DNA from: Cyclobacteriaceae bacterium
Lineage (GTDB): Bacteria > Bacteroidota > Bacteroidia > Cytophagales > Cyclobacteriaceae
Length of the DNA: 64,000 nt
Direction: 5' to 3'
Assembly (NCBI GenBank): GCA_041736555.1
Contig: JBGSTJ010000008.1
Location: 62,084 to 126,083, forward strand
This document shows, one piece after another, positions 1-9,786 of the stretch (its first letter is position 1; the number at the start of each line of letters is the position of its first letter). The translations under genes and the position numbers were made by a program. Below the pieces are notes generated by a model. The model was not told the origin of the DNA. It saw only the letters and a list, made by a program, of their open reading frames with translations, and did not search any database.

Positions 1-9
1 TAAAAGTAT

Positions 10-441
10 CTATTTGGGTGAAATTTTCTGAGAAAGAAGATAAACAGGCCAACTCACAATCCACACACAAATCAGCATCAGGCTTCCATAAATAGCAGGG
101 GCCATGCTGCTGTAGTTGTAGCGGTCGCCCCCATTAAATACATTCATGAGGCCTAAAGATGCAATAAAAAATAGGTTGACGGATATTATCAGGCCATAAA
201 ACCAGGTAATGAATCGTTCGTCTTTTTGCCCGATTATGCCGCGAACCATAAACACCATTACGTTAATCAACGCCATCAGCAACAGGGAGATATAGAATAA
301 GGCATTTCTTGAAACAGAAACATTGGATCCCTCCTGCCACAAGGCTACATCCTGCGGCAAACCTGCGTATACATAGAAAAAGACTACGAGCAGGCCCACC
401 AGCGAAAAGAACCAAACACCTTTGAAAATCTTTAATGCCAT
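10..441 (-). CDS. hypothetical integral membrane protein
   Basis: 143-aa ORF with several long hydrophobic segments. No family recognised. Confidence 0.55.
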   Translation of the reverse strand: MALKIFKGVWFFSLVGLLVVFFYVYAGLPQDVALWQEGSNVSVSRNALFYISLLLMALINVMVFMVRGIIGQKDERFITWFYGLIISVNLFFIASLGLMNVFNGGDRYNYSSMAPAIYGSLMLICVWIVSWPVYLLSQKISPK

Positions 442-479
442 TCGATTAAATTTGACGCAAAACTAATCGATAATTCAAC

Positions 480-1712
480 TTGAACCTCAACCCGATTGTT
501 CTTTCCATACCCATTTTTTTCATCCTTATTGGGATTGAATTAGTGGTGGAACGCCTCTCCCATCGCAAACTCTACCGGTTGCCGGATGCCATTGCTAACA
601 TGAGTTGCGGCATTACCTCCCAACTCTCGGGTCTGTTTATGCGGGTATTGGCTATCGGAGTGTATGAGGTTATCTATTCCAACTTCGCATACTTCACACT
701 GCCGCGAAACTGGATGTATTGGATAGGTTTATTCCTGCTAACAGATTTTGCTTATTACTGGGCCCATCGAATGAGTCATGAAATCAATTTGTTCTGGGGC
801 GGGCATGTGGTTCACCATCAAAGTGAAGAATACAACTTATCAGTTGCACTACGCCAAAGCAGCTTTCAGGTAGTATGGACGTTTGCCTTTAGTCTGCCCA
901 TTGCTTTTCTGGGATTTAATACCCTTGACTTCGCGCTGATCTCCGCGCTTAACACACTCTATCAGTTTTGGATTCATACGGAGACCATTAACAAGATGGG
1001 CTGGTTCGAATACATTTTTAACACGCCATCGCACCACCGTGTGCATCATGGTCGCAATCCCAAATACATTGATAAGAACCATGCTGGTTCGCTGATTATC
1101 TGGGATAAGATGTTTGGAACATTTCAGGCCGAAGAAGAGCGACCTACGTATGGAATTACAAAACCTATTAACAGTTGGAATCCAATCTGGGCCAACTTCA
1201 GTCATTATGCGGAGATGGCTAAGGAAATAAAGACTATTCCAGTATGGAGTGACAGAGCTAAATATTTGTTTAAAAAACCAGGTTGGTTGCCCGATTACAT
1301 GGGTGGTACAAGACCCATACCGGAAGTGAATAAGTCCACATACAATAAATACGACACCTCCTACCCGGAACAATTGAGCTATTACGTACTCTTTCAGTAT
1401 GTGATTTGTTTGGGAGTAACAGCATACTTTCTATTCCAGCAAGGTCAGTTTACATTAAGTGAAAAGGCTATTGCAACAACCTTAATTTCTATCTGGGTGG
1501 TAAACTGTGGCGTGTTGTTCGAATCGAAAAAATGGGTTCATTATGCTGAGTGGATCCGGATTGGGACCTATTCGATTTTATTGATTGCAGTAACCAACCT
1601 GTTTTCACTAAGTTCATATTACTATTTCGTTGCCCTGGTGTATGGGCTAGCTTCGGGTGTCTGGTTTTATTCAATTTCAAATGCGCGCAATGAGAAAGTG
1701 GCTGTTGCTTAG
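480..1712 (+). CDS. fatty acid hydroxylase / sterol desaturase superfamily membrane protein
   Basis: Histidine boxes HRMSHE, HVVHHQSEE and HHRVHHG in a polytopic membrane protein. TTG start at 480. Confidence 0.8.
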   Translation: MNLNPIVLSIPIFFILIGIELVVERLSHRKLYRLPDAIANMSCGITSQLSGLFMRVLAIGVYEVIYSNFAYFTLPRNWMYWIGLFLLTDFAYYWAHRMSHEINLFWGGHVVHHQSEEYNLSVALRQSSFQVVWTFAFSLPIAFLGFNTLDFALISALNTLYQFWIHTETINKMGWFEYIFNTPSHHRVHHGRNPKYIDKNHAGSLIIWDKMFGTFQAEEERPTYGITKPINSWNPIWANFSHYAEMAKEIKTIPVWSDRAKYLFKKPGWLPDYMGGTRPIPEVNKSTYNKYDTSYPEQLSYYVLFQYVICLGVTAYFLFQQGQFTLSEKAIATTLISIWVVNCGVLFESKKWVHYAEWIRIGTYSILLIAVTNLFSLSSYYYFVALVYGLASGVWFYSISNARNEKVAVA

Positions 1713-2058
1713 TGTGGTTTGTTTAGTTTTTTCCTGTGGGAAACCACTTCCCGATCTTAGTCCAATCGATCTGGCGCAATGGAAAGAAGACAAAAACGGA
1801 TGCAAAAATATCCGCACAACTTACCTCGTCCAATTAACTGAACAGAAAGACGAACTGAAGGGACTTTCTGAGGGTGACATCATTAAAATTCTAGGTAGAC
1901 CCGATCGCAACGAGTTATATAAACGAAATCAGAAGTTTTATTACTACGATCTGGAGCCGGGTAAGCCCTGTGATTCTACCTTGACAAACCAGCAGCTTAT
2001 TCTGCGCTTTAATGCCATGGGTATGGCAAAAGAAGTTTCTATTGAAACGCTGAAGTGA
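1681..2058 (+). CDS. hypothetical lipoprotein
   Basis: The ORF-track start at 1657 is probably too early. MRAMRKWLLLSVVCLVFSCGK is a signal peptide plus lipobox Cys. Confidence 0.6.
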   Translation: MRAMRKWLLLSVVCLVFSCGKPLPDLSPIDLAQWKEDKNGCKNIRTTYLVQLTEQKDELKGLSEGDIIKILGRPDRNELYKRNQKFYYYDLEPGKPCDSTLTNQQLILRFNAMGMAKEVSIETLK

Positions 2059-2064
2059 TCCTTC

Positions 2065-2571
2065 TCAACTATGTAACGCGTTGGCCTGAAAATGCTGCTT
2101 TCGCTGTTGTGCCCGATTAATATTTCGTCTTAAAATATTCACCTGTGTATCTTTCTCTTTGTAGTTGAAAGGATACAATAAAGATGGTTTGAAATAGAAT
2201 TTTTTGCCCAACTGTTCCGCAGCATACAACTCAACTTCATAAACACCGCCCAGGGTTTTAATGTCGACTTCTTTAATATTTTCAAGTGGGATGAGTATAT
2301 CCTGATCTTTTAGTATGACATAGAGAAATTCGTTGTCAAACTCAACCTGATGAACGTTACGGTTTATCCGTATCCAGCCATACACAAAAAATCCAAAATA
2401 AAACACATTGAAAAAGGAACTATAATAGTATTTACCAGCCATATACGTTTGCGCGGCCAGATATATAAAAAACAAGAACAGTACAACCAATACCACCAAC
2501 ACACTATACTTATAAAACCCGAGGTAGCGTGTAGATAAACTCTTGATTCGTTGACTTTTCAATTCTGCCAT
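2065..2571 (-). CDS. hypothetical membrane protein
   Basis: ORF 2065..2598. The internal ATG at 2571 (MAELKSQ...) is preferred because 2598 leaves only 5 nt to the divergent hbd-like gene. Two TM segments. Confidence 0.5.
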   Translation of the reverse strand: MAELKSQRIKSLSTRYLGFYKYSVLVVLVVLFLFFIYLAAQTYMAGKYYYSSFFNVFYFGFFVYGWIRINRNVHQVEFDNEFLYVILKDQDILIPLENIKEVDIKTLGGVYEVELYAAEQLGKKFYFKPSLLYPFNYKEKDTQVNILRRNINRAQQRKQHFQANALHS

Positions 2572-2603
2572 TATCTTTACCAAAAGTTTAAGATACACAT
2601 TCT

Positions 2604-3494
2604 ATGAAAAATATTGCTGTCGTTGGCTCAGGTACAATGGGAAATGGTATTGCGCATGTGTTTGCACAGTATGGATATTCCGTAAGTCTGATTGATATCT
2701 CCGAAGAATCCCTGAAAAAGGCCGTTGCAACAATTGATAAAAACCTAAACCGTCAGGTTGAGAAAGGGATACTTTCTGATGAAAATAAAAAGAAAGCATT
2801 GAGCAATATCACCACGACAACTTTTTTAAAAGAAGGCGTGCGCGATGCGGATTTAGTCATTGAAGCAGCCACGGAGAATATTGATCTTAAACTGAAGATC
2901 TTCAAAGAAATTGATGAGAGCACAAAACCAGAAACTATTCTGGCTACCAATACCTCTTCCATTTCCATAACTAAAATTGCTTCCGTCACAAAAGGTCCCG
3001 ACCATGTAATTGGGATGCACTTTATGAACCCGGTTCCGGTAATGAAACTAGTCGAAGTCATCCGCGGCTACAGAACCAGCGATGCAGTGACTGCACAGAT
3101 TATGGAATTGGCAAAAAAGCTTGAGAAGATTCCGGTAGAAGTAAACGATTACCCTGGCTTTGTGGCCAATCGCTTATTGATGCCCATGATCAATGAGGCA
3201 ATTTATACGCTTTACGAAAATGTTGCAGGTGTGCAAGAGATCGACACGGTAATGAAATTAGGGATGGCCCATCCAATGGGTCCGCTGCAATTGGCAGACT
3301 TTATTGGGTTGGATGTTTGTCTCTCAATCCTCCATGTATTGTATGATGGCTTTGGAAATCCTAAGTATGCACCATGCCCTTTGTTAGTGAATATGGTACA
3401 GGCCGGACACAAAGGAGTGAAAAGCGGCAGTGGATTTTATCAGTATAAGGCCGGGAGTAAAGAATTGGTTGTAGCCGAACGGTTTAGAAAATGA
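2604..3494 (+). CDS. 3-hydroxyacyl-CoA / 3-hydroxybutyryl-CoA dehydrogenase
   Basis: N-terminal Rossmann motif VVGSGTMGNGIA, and full-length resemblance to the Hbd/FadB NAD-binding plus C-terminal domains. Confidence 0.9.
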   Translation: MKNIAVVGSGTMGNGIAHVFAQYGYSVSLIDISEESLKKAVATIDKNLNRQVEKGILSDENKKKALSNITTTTFLKEGVRDADLVIEAATENIDLKLKIFKEIDESTKPETILATNTSSISITKIASVTKGPDHVIGMHFMNPVPVMKLVEVIRGYRTSDAVTAQIMELAKKLEKIPVEVNDYPGFVANRLLMPMINEAIYTLYENVAGVQEIDTVMKLGMAHPMGPLQLADFIGLDVCLSILHVLYDGFGNPKYAPCPLLVNMVQAGHKGVKSGSGFYQYKAGSKELVVAERFRK

Positions 3495-3781
3495 GCACAC
3501 CTACCGATGAAAAATTTATAGCCTATTGGAAGGAAAAGCGAAAGCTTGGCAAGAATAAATTCGCGCTGCTACATGGAGTTCTCTACTTCGCGATGCCAGC
3601 ATTTATTTTCTCGGAGTTAGTTAAGAGTCTATTTCCGAGTGGTAATTACGAGCTTTCAGTAAGTCGGTTTATAATAGGATTTATTATCTGGTCGCTGCTT
3701 GGTTTTTATTTTTTTGAATTCCTTCAATGGCGCGGCCAGGAGAAGCGATTTTTAGAGTTACAAAAAAAGGAAGATCAATGA
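3491..3781 (+). CDS. small hypothetical membrane protein
   Basis: 96-aa ORF overlapping the upstream stop (ATGA). Two hydrophobic helices. Confidence 0.5.
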   Translation: MSTPTDEKFIAYWKEKRKLGKNKFALLHGVLYFAMPAFIFSELVKSLFPSGNYELSVSRFIIGFIIWSLLGFYFFEFLQWRGQEKRFLELQKKEDQ

Positions 3782-3793
3782 CCTTCCTTTTTT
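3766..3793. terminator. bidirectional hairpin between convergent genes
   Basis: AAAGGAAG (3766-3773), 9-nt loop, CTTCCTTT (3783-3790), flanked by an A-run and a T-run. Confidence 0.5.
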
Positions 3794-3810
3794 ATTTCTG
3801 CGAATGCGAA

Positions 3811-4188
3811 TTATTTCTTTAACAAATCACGAATCTCGGTAAGCAAGATAATATCTGCTGGTGGCGGTGGTGGTGCAGAAGGGGGCAATCCTTCCTTTTT
3901 CTTGGTCGCTGCATTCATCCCTTTAATGATCAGGAATAACACAAAAGCAACAATAACAAAATTGATTACTGCTGACAAAAAATTACCATACTTGACAGTT
4001 CCAAAAACAGTAAGCTCTGCAAGTTCGGTCAGGTTAGCGGCTTCCAGCGCTGGTTTTAATGCTAGTGGCGTAATAACGTCCTCAATGAACGAGCCTACAA
4101 TTTTTCCAAAGGCTCCTCCAATAATAACACCTACTGCAAGGTCAACCACATTACCTCGCATTGCAAAGGCTTTGAATTCTTTTAACAT
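3811..4188 (-). CDS. mscL: large-conductance mechanosensitive channel
   Basis: MLKEFKAFAMRGNVVDLAVGVIIGGAFGKIV is the canonical MscL N-terminus. Length 125 aa. Confidence 0.92.
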   Translation of the reverse strand: MLKEFKAFAMRGNVVDLAVGVIIGGAFGKIVGSFIEDVITPLALKPALEAANLTELAELTVFGTVKYGNFLSAVINFVIVAFVLFLIIKGMNAATKKKEGLPPSAPPPPPADIILLTEIRDLLKK

Positions 4189-4260
4189 AGATTTAATATT
4201 TAGGTTAGGTAATGCGCGAAAATAAAAAAAGTAATTAATAAGCCTGTGTGTGGCTGTGAC

Positions 4261-5076
4261 TTATTGTACGATCTTCAGTTGATTTCGTAAACCTTTAAAG
4301 CCGACAAGCTCAATGCCTGTGCTTCCTATAAACATCTTGGCTTGTATTTTAATGGGTATTTTGTTGCCATCATTGGAAATCCAGCACGTAATTGAATTTT
4401 CACCATCGAAGAGTTTATTATCAGGCATCACGGGCACCAATTTGTGGCACGGGATTTTGCCGATTTTAGTGCTCACATTATCCTTGCCGGCATAAATAAT
4501 CTTCATATTGTAGGGAGTGTCTTCAAAGAAGCCTGAGATAGCCAGGGTATCGCCTTTTTTATATTTATCAAAATCAATCACGCGCAAGTACATAAAACCT
4601 GCCACCATATCACGTACGTTATCAGGAGTCTGGTAATACTTTGGCTCTCCGTAGGTACCTGTTTCTTTGTTCATCACCTTAACTTCCGCTTGAAGTTTGT
4701 CATGATCGTACGTAATAATCTCATCCTTCCGATAATTTCCCTCCCGAATTTTACGATACGACACGTGCGTAACAAGTGCTGCGGTGTCAATATAAGCGCC
4801 CCATTGATCATTGACTTTGGTAATCCACGAAACAAAGCCCAGCGTTTCGCCATACGCATCTACTTTATAACAAGGACGGGAGTTCATTGTGAAGATTTTC
4901 TTTTCTATTACCGTAGATGCTTTGCCTACAGTAAAAAAGCCAAAGTTCACCCGGTATTCAAGAACCTCTCCTTTGCCAAAACTTGTGTTCTTTAGTGCGA
5001 TGAAATCCTTTCTTGCTCCACCCGTAAAAGAAGAGAGAAGAACAAAAAGCGCAAGACTTTTAAGAAAGACCTTCAT
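4261..5076 (-). CDS. DUF3108-like secreted protein
   Basis: Signal peptide, and a GEVLEYRVNFGFFTVGKA-type motif that I associate with DUF3108. Confidence 0.6.
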   Translation of the reverse strand: MKVFLKSLALFVLLSSFTGGARKDFIALKNTSFGKGEVLEYRVNFGFFTVGKASTVIEKKIFTMNSRPCYKVDAYGETLGFVSWITKVNDQWGAYIDTAALVTHVSYRKIREGNYRKDEIITYDHDKLQAEVKVMNKETGTYGEPKYYQTPDNVRDMVAGFMYLRVIDFDKYKKGDTLAISGFFEDTPYNMKIIYAGKDNVSTKIGKIPCHKLVPVMPDNKLFDGENSITCWISNDGNKIPIKIQAKMFIGSTGIELVGFKGLRNQLKIVQ

Positions 5077-5178
5077 AGTTCAAAGTTAAACCTTGATGGG
5101 GTAAGGACAAAGGATATGCCAAGGTGATAAATCGGCCAAACCGTGCTTAAAACGAAAAAAATGATGAAGGCTGATACA

Positions 5179-5991
5179 CTACACAGATACATTATTTTCT
5201 CGTAGGGCATCGTTCAAGGAAGTCTTCTTGTCTGTACTTTCTTTGCGCGTGCCGATAATCAAAGCACAAGGAACCTGATATTCTCCAGCCGGGAACTGCT
5301 TGGGTATTGTGCCTGGAATAACAACAGATCTGGGTGGAACGAAACCCTTATACTCTACAGGCTTATCACCCGTAACGTCAATAATCTTTGAACTGGCCGT
5401 GAGAACAACGTTGGCACCCAACACCGCTTCTTTACCAACCCGAACGCCTTCTACCACAATACATCTTGAACCGACAAAAACATTATCTTCAATAATTACC
5501 GGAGCTGCCTGCACCGGTTCCAACACACCACCTAAACCAACACCACCACTTAAATGAACATTTTTACCTACCTGTGCGCAACTGCCTACCGTGGCCCAGG
5601 TATCGACCATGGTACCTTCATCTACATTCGCGCCAATGTTAACGTACGAGGGCATCAGAATAACCCCGCGATTTACAAACGATCCGTATCGCGCAATGGC
5701 ATGGGGAACCACTCGAACGCCAAGATTTTTATAATCTTTCTTAAGCGCAATCTTATCATGAAACTCAAACGGCCCTACTTCTATAACCTCCATTTGCTGT
5801 ATCGGGAAATACATAATCACAGCCTTCTTAATCCACTCATTAACCTTCCAATTATCACCGTCAGGTTCGGCCACGCGAAGCTTTCCTTTGTCTAATAAAG
5901 CCACCACTTCCCGCACCGCATTTTGGCTTTCAGCCGACTTCAATAATTCGCGATCCAACCATGTCTTTTCAATTAATTCTTTCAGTTCCAT
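5179..5991 (-). CDS. dapD: 2,3,4,5-tetrahydropyridine-2,6-dicarboxylate N-succinyltransferase
   Basis: Hexapeptide-repeat left-handed beta-helix region preceded by a DapD-type N-terminal domain. 270 aa. Confidence 0.88.
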   Translation of the reverse strand: MELKELIEKTWLDRELLKSAESQNAVREVVALLDKGKLRVAEPDGDNWKVNEWIKKAVIMYFPIQQMEVIEVGPFEFHDKIALKKDYKNLGVRVVPHAIARYGSFVNRGVILMPSYVNIGANVDEGTMVDTWATVGSCAQVGKNVHLSGGVGLGGVLEPVQAAPVIIEDNVFVGSRCIVVEGVRVGKEAVLGANVVLTASSKIIDVTGDKPVEYKGFVPPRSVVIPGTIPKQFPAGEYQVPCALIIGTRKESTDKKTSLNDALRENNVSV

Positions 5992-6023
5992 TTATATCCT
6001 ATTTTTAAACCGGCTTGCAATAA

Positions 6024-7133
6024 ATGAAAAAACAAAGAATAGTCCTTGCCTCCATACTCAAACCCGTTGATGATACGCGTATGTTTGAGAAGATGGCATT
6101 GTCACTTTCGGGGGTAAACAACTATCAGATTTTTGTTATTGGATATCCTACAAAAGCGACCCTTACCAGGGATCAAAACATCACACAATTCTCGCTAAAT
6201 CCCTTCCAAAGAATCAGTCTCGATAGATTGATAGCTCCCTGGCAAGCATTGAAAATTATATATAAAGTAAAACCTGAGCTGTTGATAGTTAATACCCATG
6301 AATTACTGATAGTTGGTATCATAAACAGAATATTCTTTGGTGGCAAAATTATCTATGATATCCGGGAAAATTACTGGCGGAATATTCTACATACCCATGC
6401 CTTTCCATCACCGATGCGGTTCATTATTGCAAGCTGGGTTCGGCTCAAAGAAAAGCTTGGTGCCCCGCTCTATCACGGATTCTTTCTGGCTGAAAAAACA
6501 TTTGAAAAAGAACTCACATTTTTAAGAAACAAACACGTAGTTATTGAGAATAAAATGCGGGTACCCTCCGGGTTTCAACGGGTAGGTTCGAGTGAAAAAA
6601 CCAAGTTGTTATTTAGCGGAACATTAGCGGAAAGCACGGGGGTTTTTCAGGCCATTGAACTGGCCAAAAAATTACATCAGGTTGACTCAAAAGTAGAGCT
6701 TACCATCATTGGCTTTTGTGCGCTGCAACCCACCTTAATTCAGATCAGAAAAGCGATTGAAAATCATCCCTACATCTACCTGATTGGTGGCGATCAGCTT
6801 GTTCCACATCAGGAAATAATTGCCGCCATTGCTCAAGCAGATTTTGGGATTATTGCCTACCCACCCTCTTATCATATAGAGAACCGGATCCCCACTAAAC
6901 TATACGAATACCTGGCTTGCCATCTGCCCATTCTTTTACAAGATTACCCAGCCTGGGTCCAGATTTGTGAGCCATTTTCAGCAGCGATAGCGTTCGATAT
7001 TATTCAGGCTGAACCTGGTTCACTGCTTGCTAAAATGAACAGCAAAAGCTTCTACACAACAAATCCAAGTGAAGTAACATGGGACTCTGAAGAACCAAAG
7101 CTTCTAAATAGGATAGCAGAAATTTTAATCTAA
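6024..7133 (+). CDS. glycosyltransferase (GT4-like)
   Basis: C-terminal IPTKLYEYLACHLPIL resembles the GT-B EX7E region. No signal peptide. Confidence 0.65.
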   Translation: MKKQRIVLASILKPVDDTRMFEKMALSLSGVNNYQIFVIGYPTKATLTRDQNITQFSLNPFQRISLDRLIAPWQALKIIYKVKPELLIVNTHELLIVGIINRIFFGGKIIYDIRENYWRNILHTHAFPSPMRFIIASWVRLKEKLGAPLYHGFFLAEKTFEKELTFLRNKHVVIENKMRVPSGFQRVGSSEKTKLLFSGTLAESTGVFQAIELAKKLHQVDSKVELTIIGFCALQPTLIQIRKAIENHPYIYLIGGDQLVPHQEIIAAIAQADFGIIAYPPSYHIENRIPTKLYEYLACHLPILLQDYPAWVQICEPFSAAIAFDIIQAEPGSLLAKMNSKSFYTTNPSEVTWDSEEPKLLNRIAEILI

Positions 7134-7140
7134 ATTATTT

Positions 7141-7168
7141 TTTAGACTCATCTAAATATTTACTTTTG
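7141..7168 (+). promoter_or_regulatory. candidate DtxR/MntR-type operator plus Bacteroidota -7 box
   Basis: Palindrome TTTAGA-CTCA-TCTAAA (7141-7156), followed directly by TACTTTTG (7161-7168, matching TAnnTTTG), 22 nt before the ATG at 7190. Confidence 0.3.
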
Positions 7169-7189
7169 TGGACTTCAAACCGCAAAAGC

Positions 7190-7843
7190 ATGTTAAGCCT
7201 CACGGAAGAAAACTACCTGAAAGCCATCTATCATTTATCGGATGGTGGCTCCAAAGCTGTATTAACCAATGAACTGGCCGAAGCCATGAGCACCAAGGCC
7301 GCCTCGGTCACGGATATGATTAAAAAACTCTCGGCCAAAGAGGTGATTAACTATGAGAAATACTATGGCGTAAATGTAACAACGAAAGGCAAAACCGAAG
7401 CTTTGATGGTAATTCGTAAGCATCGGTTATGGGAGACCTTTCTGGTAGAAAAACTGGGATTTACCTGGGATGAAGTCCATGAAGTGGCCGAACAACTTGA
7501 ACATATTAACTCACCGCGATTAATTGAAAAGCTGGATGAATTCCTTGGATTCCCAAAAGTAGATCCACATGGCGATCCTATCCCCGATCATAAAGGAAAA
7601 TTGAAGGTACAACCTCAAATAACGATTGATCAGTTAGCCATCGGTTATCAGGGCCTAATCGCAGCGGTTAAAGATTCCGATTCAAACCTGCTGAAGTATC
7701 TCGATAAGATAGGGGCAAAACCTGGCACAAAAATCAAAATCTTAGGGAAAGAAGAGTATGATGACTCGATGGAGATTTTAATTGAAGACCATCGCATTTT
7801 TATTTCAAAAGAAGTATCACAAAACATTCTGGTAACTGAATAA
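7190..7843 (+). CDS. DtxR/MntR-family metal-dependent transcriptional regulator with C-terminal FeoA-like domain
   Basis: LTEENYLKAIYHL wHTH N-terminus, a metal-binding/dimerisation region, and an SH3-like tail. The track start at 7166 lies inside the putative promoter. Confidence 0.85.
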   Translation: MLSLTEENYLKAIYHLSDGGSKAVLTNELAEAMSTKAASVTDMIKKLSAKEVINYEKYYGVNVTTKGKTEALMVIRKHRLWETFLVEKLGFTWDEVHEVAEQLEHINSPRLIEKLDEFLGFPKVDPHGDPIPDHKGKLKVQPQITIDQLAIGYQGLIAAVKDSDSNLLKYLDKIGAKPGTKIKILGKEEYDDSMEILIEDHRIFISKEVSQNILVTE

Positions 7844-7844
7844 T

Positions 7845-9752
7845 ATGAGCGGGCACAAAATCCAACGAAAATCTCTGAGTGAAGTTCATGCAAGTGTAGA
7901 TGTTACCAACCGCAAGGGCTGGAGAAAATTGTTTGCATTCCTGGGGCCTGCCTATCTGGTAAGTGTTGGGTATATGGATCCGGGAAACTGGGCCACCGAC
8001 ATTGCCGGTGGAGCTCAATTTGGTTATAAATTAATCTGGGTTCTATTGATGTCAAACCTCATGGCTTTGTTACTTCAAAGTCTGAGTGCTCGTTTAGGTA
8101 TTGTCCGTCAACTCGACCTCGCGCAAGCATCCCGAAGTTCCTATCATCCGGTCGTAAATTTCTCCCTATGGATTCTTGCCGAAATAGCGATAGCCGCAAC
8201 CGATCTGGCCGAAGTTCTTGGTATGGCTATTGGCCTTCAATTGTTATTTGGATTACCGTTAATCTGGGGCGTTACGCTTACGGTCTTAGATACACTAATC
8301 ATTCTCGTGTTACAAAGCTACGGCATGCGCAAAATCGAAGCATTTATCATTGCCCTGGTAGCTATCATTGGTGTTTCCTTTTTGTTCGAAATGATCTGGG
8401 CCCGACCCGACCTGGGCGAGTTGGCCAAAGGATTCATTCCTTCCCTGCCATCCGATGCTGCGCTATATATAGCAATCGGTATAATTGGTGCTACAGTAAT
8501 GCCGCATAACCTATACCTCCACTCTTCACTTGTTCAAACCCGAAGAATCGATACCAGCGAGCGCGGAATCTGGAGTGCCCTCAAGTATAATCTCATTGAT
8601 TCAACCATTGCGCTGAATGCAGCCTTCTTTGTCAATGCGGCTATTCTCATTTTGGCCGCTTCCACGTTTTTTCGGGCTGGCATGTATGAAGTGTCAGACA
8701 TTCAGGATGCTTACAAATTTTTATCGCCCATGCTGGGAAATCAGTGGGCTTCAATACTGTTTGGAGTTGCCTTAATTGCTGCGGGGCAAAGCTCAACGAT
8801 CACCGGCACGCTGGCGGGCCAGGTAGTGATGGAAGGCTATTTGAATTTACGGATAGCCGCCTGGATGCGCAGATTGATAACACGTTTGATCGCAATAATA
8901 CCGGCATACATTGTTATCCTGATGTATGGTGAGGGTAAAACCGGAGAACTACTAGTCTTTAGTCAGGTGGTGTTGAGTTTGCAACTCGGCTTTGCTGTTA
9001 TCCCCCTCATCCATTTCACCAGTGACAAAGAAAAGATGGGGGTATTTGCCATTAAACTCTGGATGCGAATTGCAGCCTGGTTGATAGCCATCATTATAGT
9101 TTCATTGAATGTAAAGTTGGTGATGAATGAGGTCTCACTTTGGATTACCAATGCCGGGGAAAACGCCTGGATTGTATGGTCTTTTGTTATCCCTATTTGC
9201 ATGGCCGCAGGTTTGTTGTTGTTATACATAACCTTTAAACCCTGGTTAAACAGACGGAGAACGGATAAGATGGCCCGCATACCGCACGGAACGGCCGCTC
9301 CTTTGCGGGATTTAGGCTCTACTATTTACAAGCAAATTGCCATCACGATTGATTTCAGTTCGGTAGACAACTTAACCATTAGAAGTGCAACTGCACAAGG
9401 TGGTAAGGAAGCCCACTACTTGCTGGTGCATGTTGTTGAAACTGCGGGTGCCATGTGGTATGGAAGCGAGATTGCCGATCACGAATCGGCTGAAGATTCG
9501 CTGGCTCTGAAAGATTATCTGAATCAATTGCAATCACAGGGTTACAAGGTGGAAATGAAGATTGGATTTGGTAACCCTAAACAAATCATTCCTGAAATTG
9601 TAGATGCTTTTAAAGCTGATTTGCTCGTGATGGGCGCTCATGGACATAAGTGGTTTAAAGACTTGATATTTGGAACCACCGTAGATACCGTGCGGCATCG
9701 GGTTAAAATACCTGTGCTGATTGTAAGAGATCAACCTGCAGGCAAGATGTAA
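7845..9752 (+). CDS. mntH: Nramp-family divalent metal transporter fused to a C-terminal universal stress protein domain
   Basis: GPAYLVSVGYMDPGNWATDI and MPHNLYLHS Nramp motifs. The last ~140 aa (YLLVHVVE...LLVMGAHGH...PVLIV) form a UspA fold. Confidence 0.88.
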   Translation: MSGHKIQRKSLSEVHASVDVTNRKGWRKLFAFLGPAYLVSVGYMDPGNWATDIAGGAQFGYKLIWVLLMSNLMALLLQSLSARLGIVRQLDLAQASRSSYHPVVNFSLWILAEIAIAATDLAEVLGMAIGLQLLFGLPLIWGVTLTVLDTLIILVLQSYGMRKIEAFIIALVAIIGVSFLFEMIWARPDLGELAKGFIPSLPSDAALYIAIGIIGATVMPHNLYLHSSLVQTRRIDTSERGIWSALKYNLIDSTIALNAAFFVNAAILILAASTFFRAGMYEVSDIQDAYKFLSPMLGNQWASILFGVALIAAGQSSTITGTLAGQVVMEGYLNLRIAAWMRRLITRLIAIIPAYIVILMYGEGKTGELLVFSQVVLSLQLGFAVIPLIHFTSDKEKMGVFAIKLWMRIAAWLIAIIIVSLNVKLVMNEVSLWITNAGENAWIVWSFVIPICMAAGLLLLYITFKPWLNRRRTDKMARIPHGTAAPLRDLGSTIYKQIAITIDFSSVDNLTIRSATAQGGKEAHYLLVHVVETAGAMWYGSEIADHESAEDSLALKDYLNQLQSQGYKVEMKIGFGNPKQIIPEIVDAFKADLLVMGAHGHKWFKDLIFGTTVDTVRHRVKIPVLIVRDQPAGKM

Positions 9753-9786
9753 ATCGATAACATAGGATTCATCACTATCTTGCATC

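Noticed and set aside
1001-1010. GGTTCGAA, a tRNA T-loop-like string
   Set aside because: It lies inside the hydroxylase coding frame, and no acceptor or anticodon stems can be drawn around it. I found no tRNA-like cloverleaf in any intergenic gap.
8168-8509. 113-aa alternative-frame ORF inside mntH
   Set aside because: It is an out-of-frame overlap with a conserved transporter. Its Arg/Ser-rich composition is typical of frame-shifted translation.
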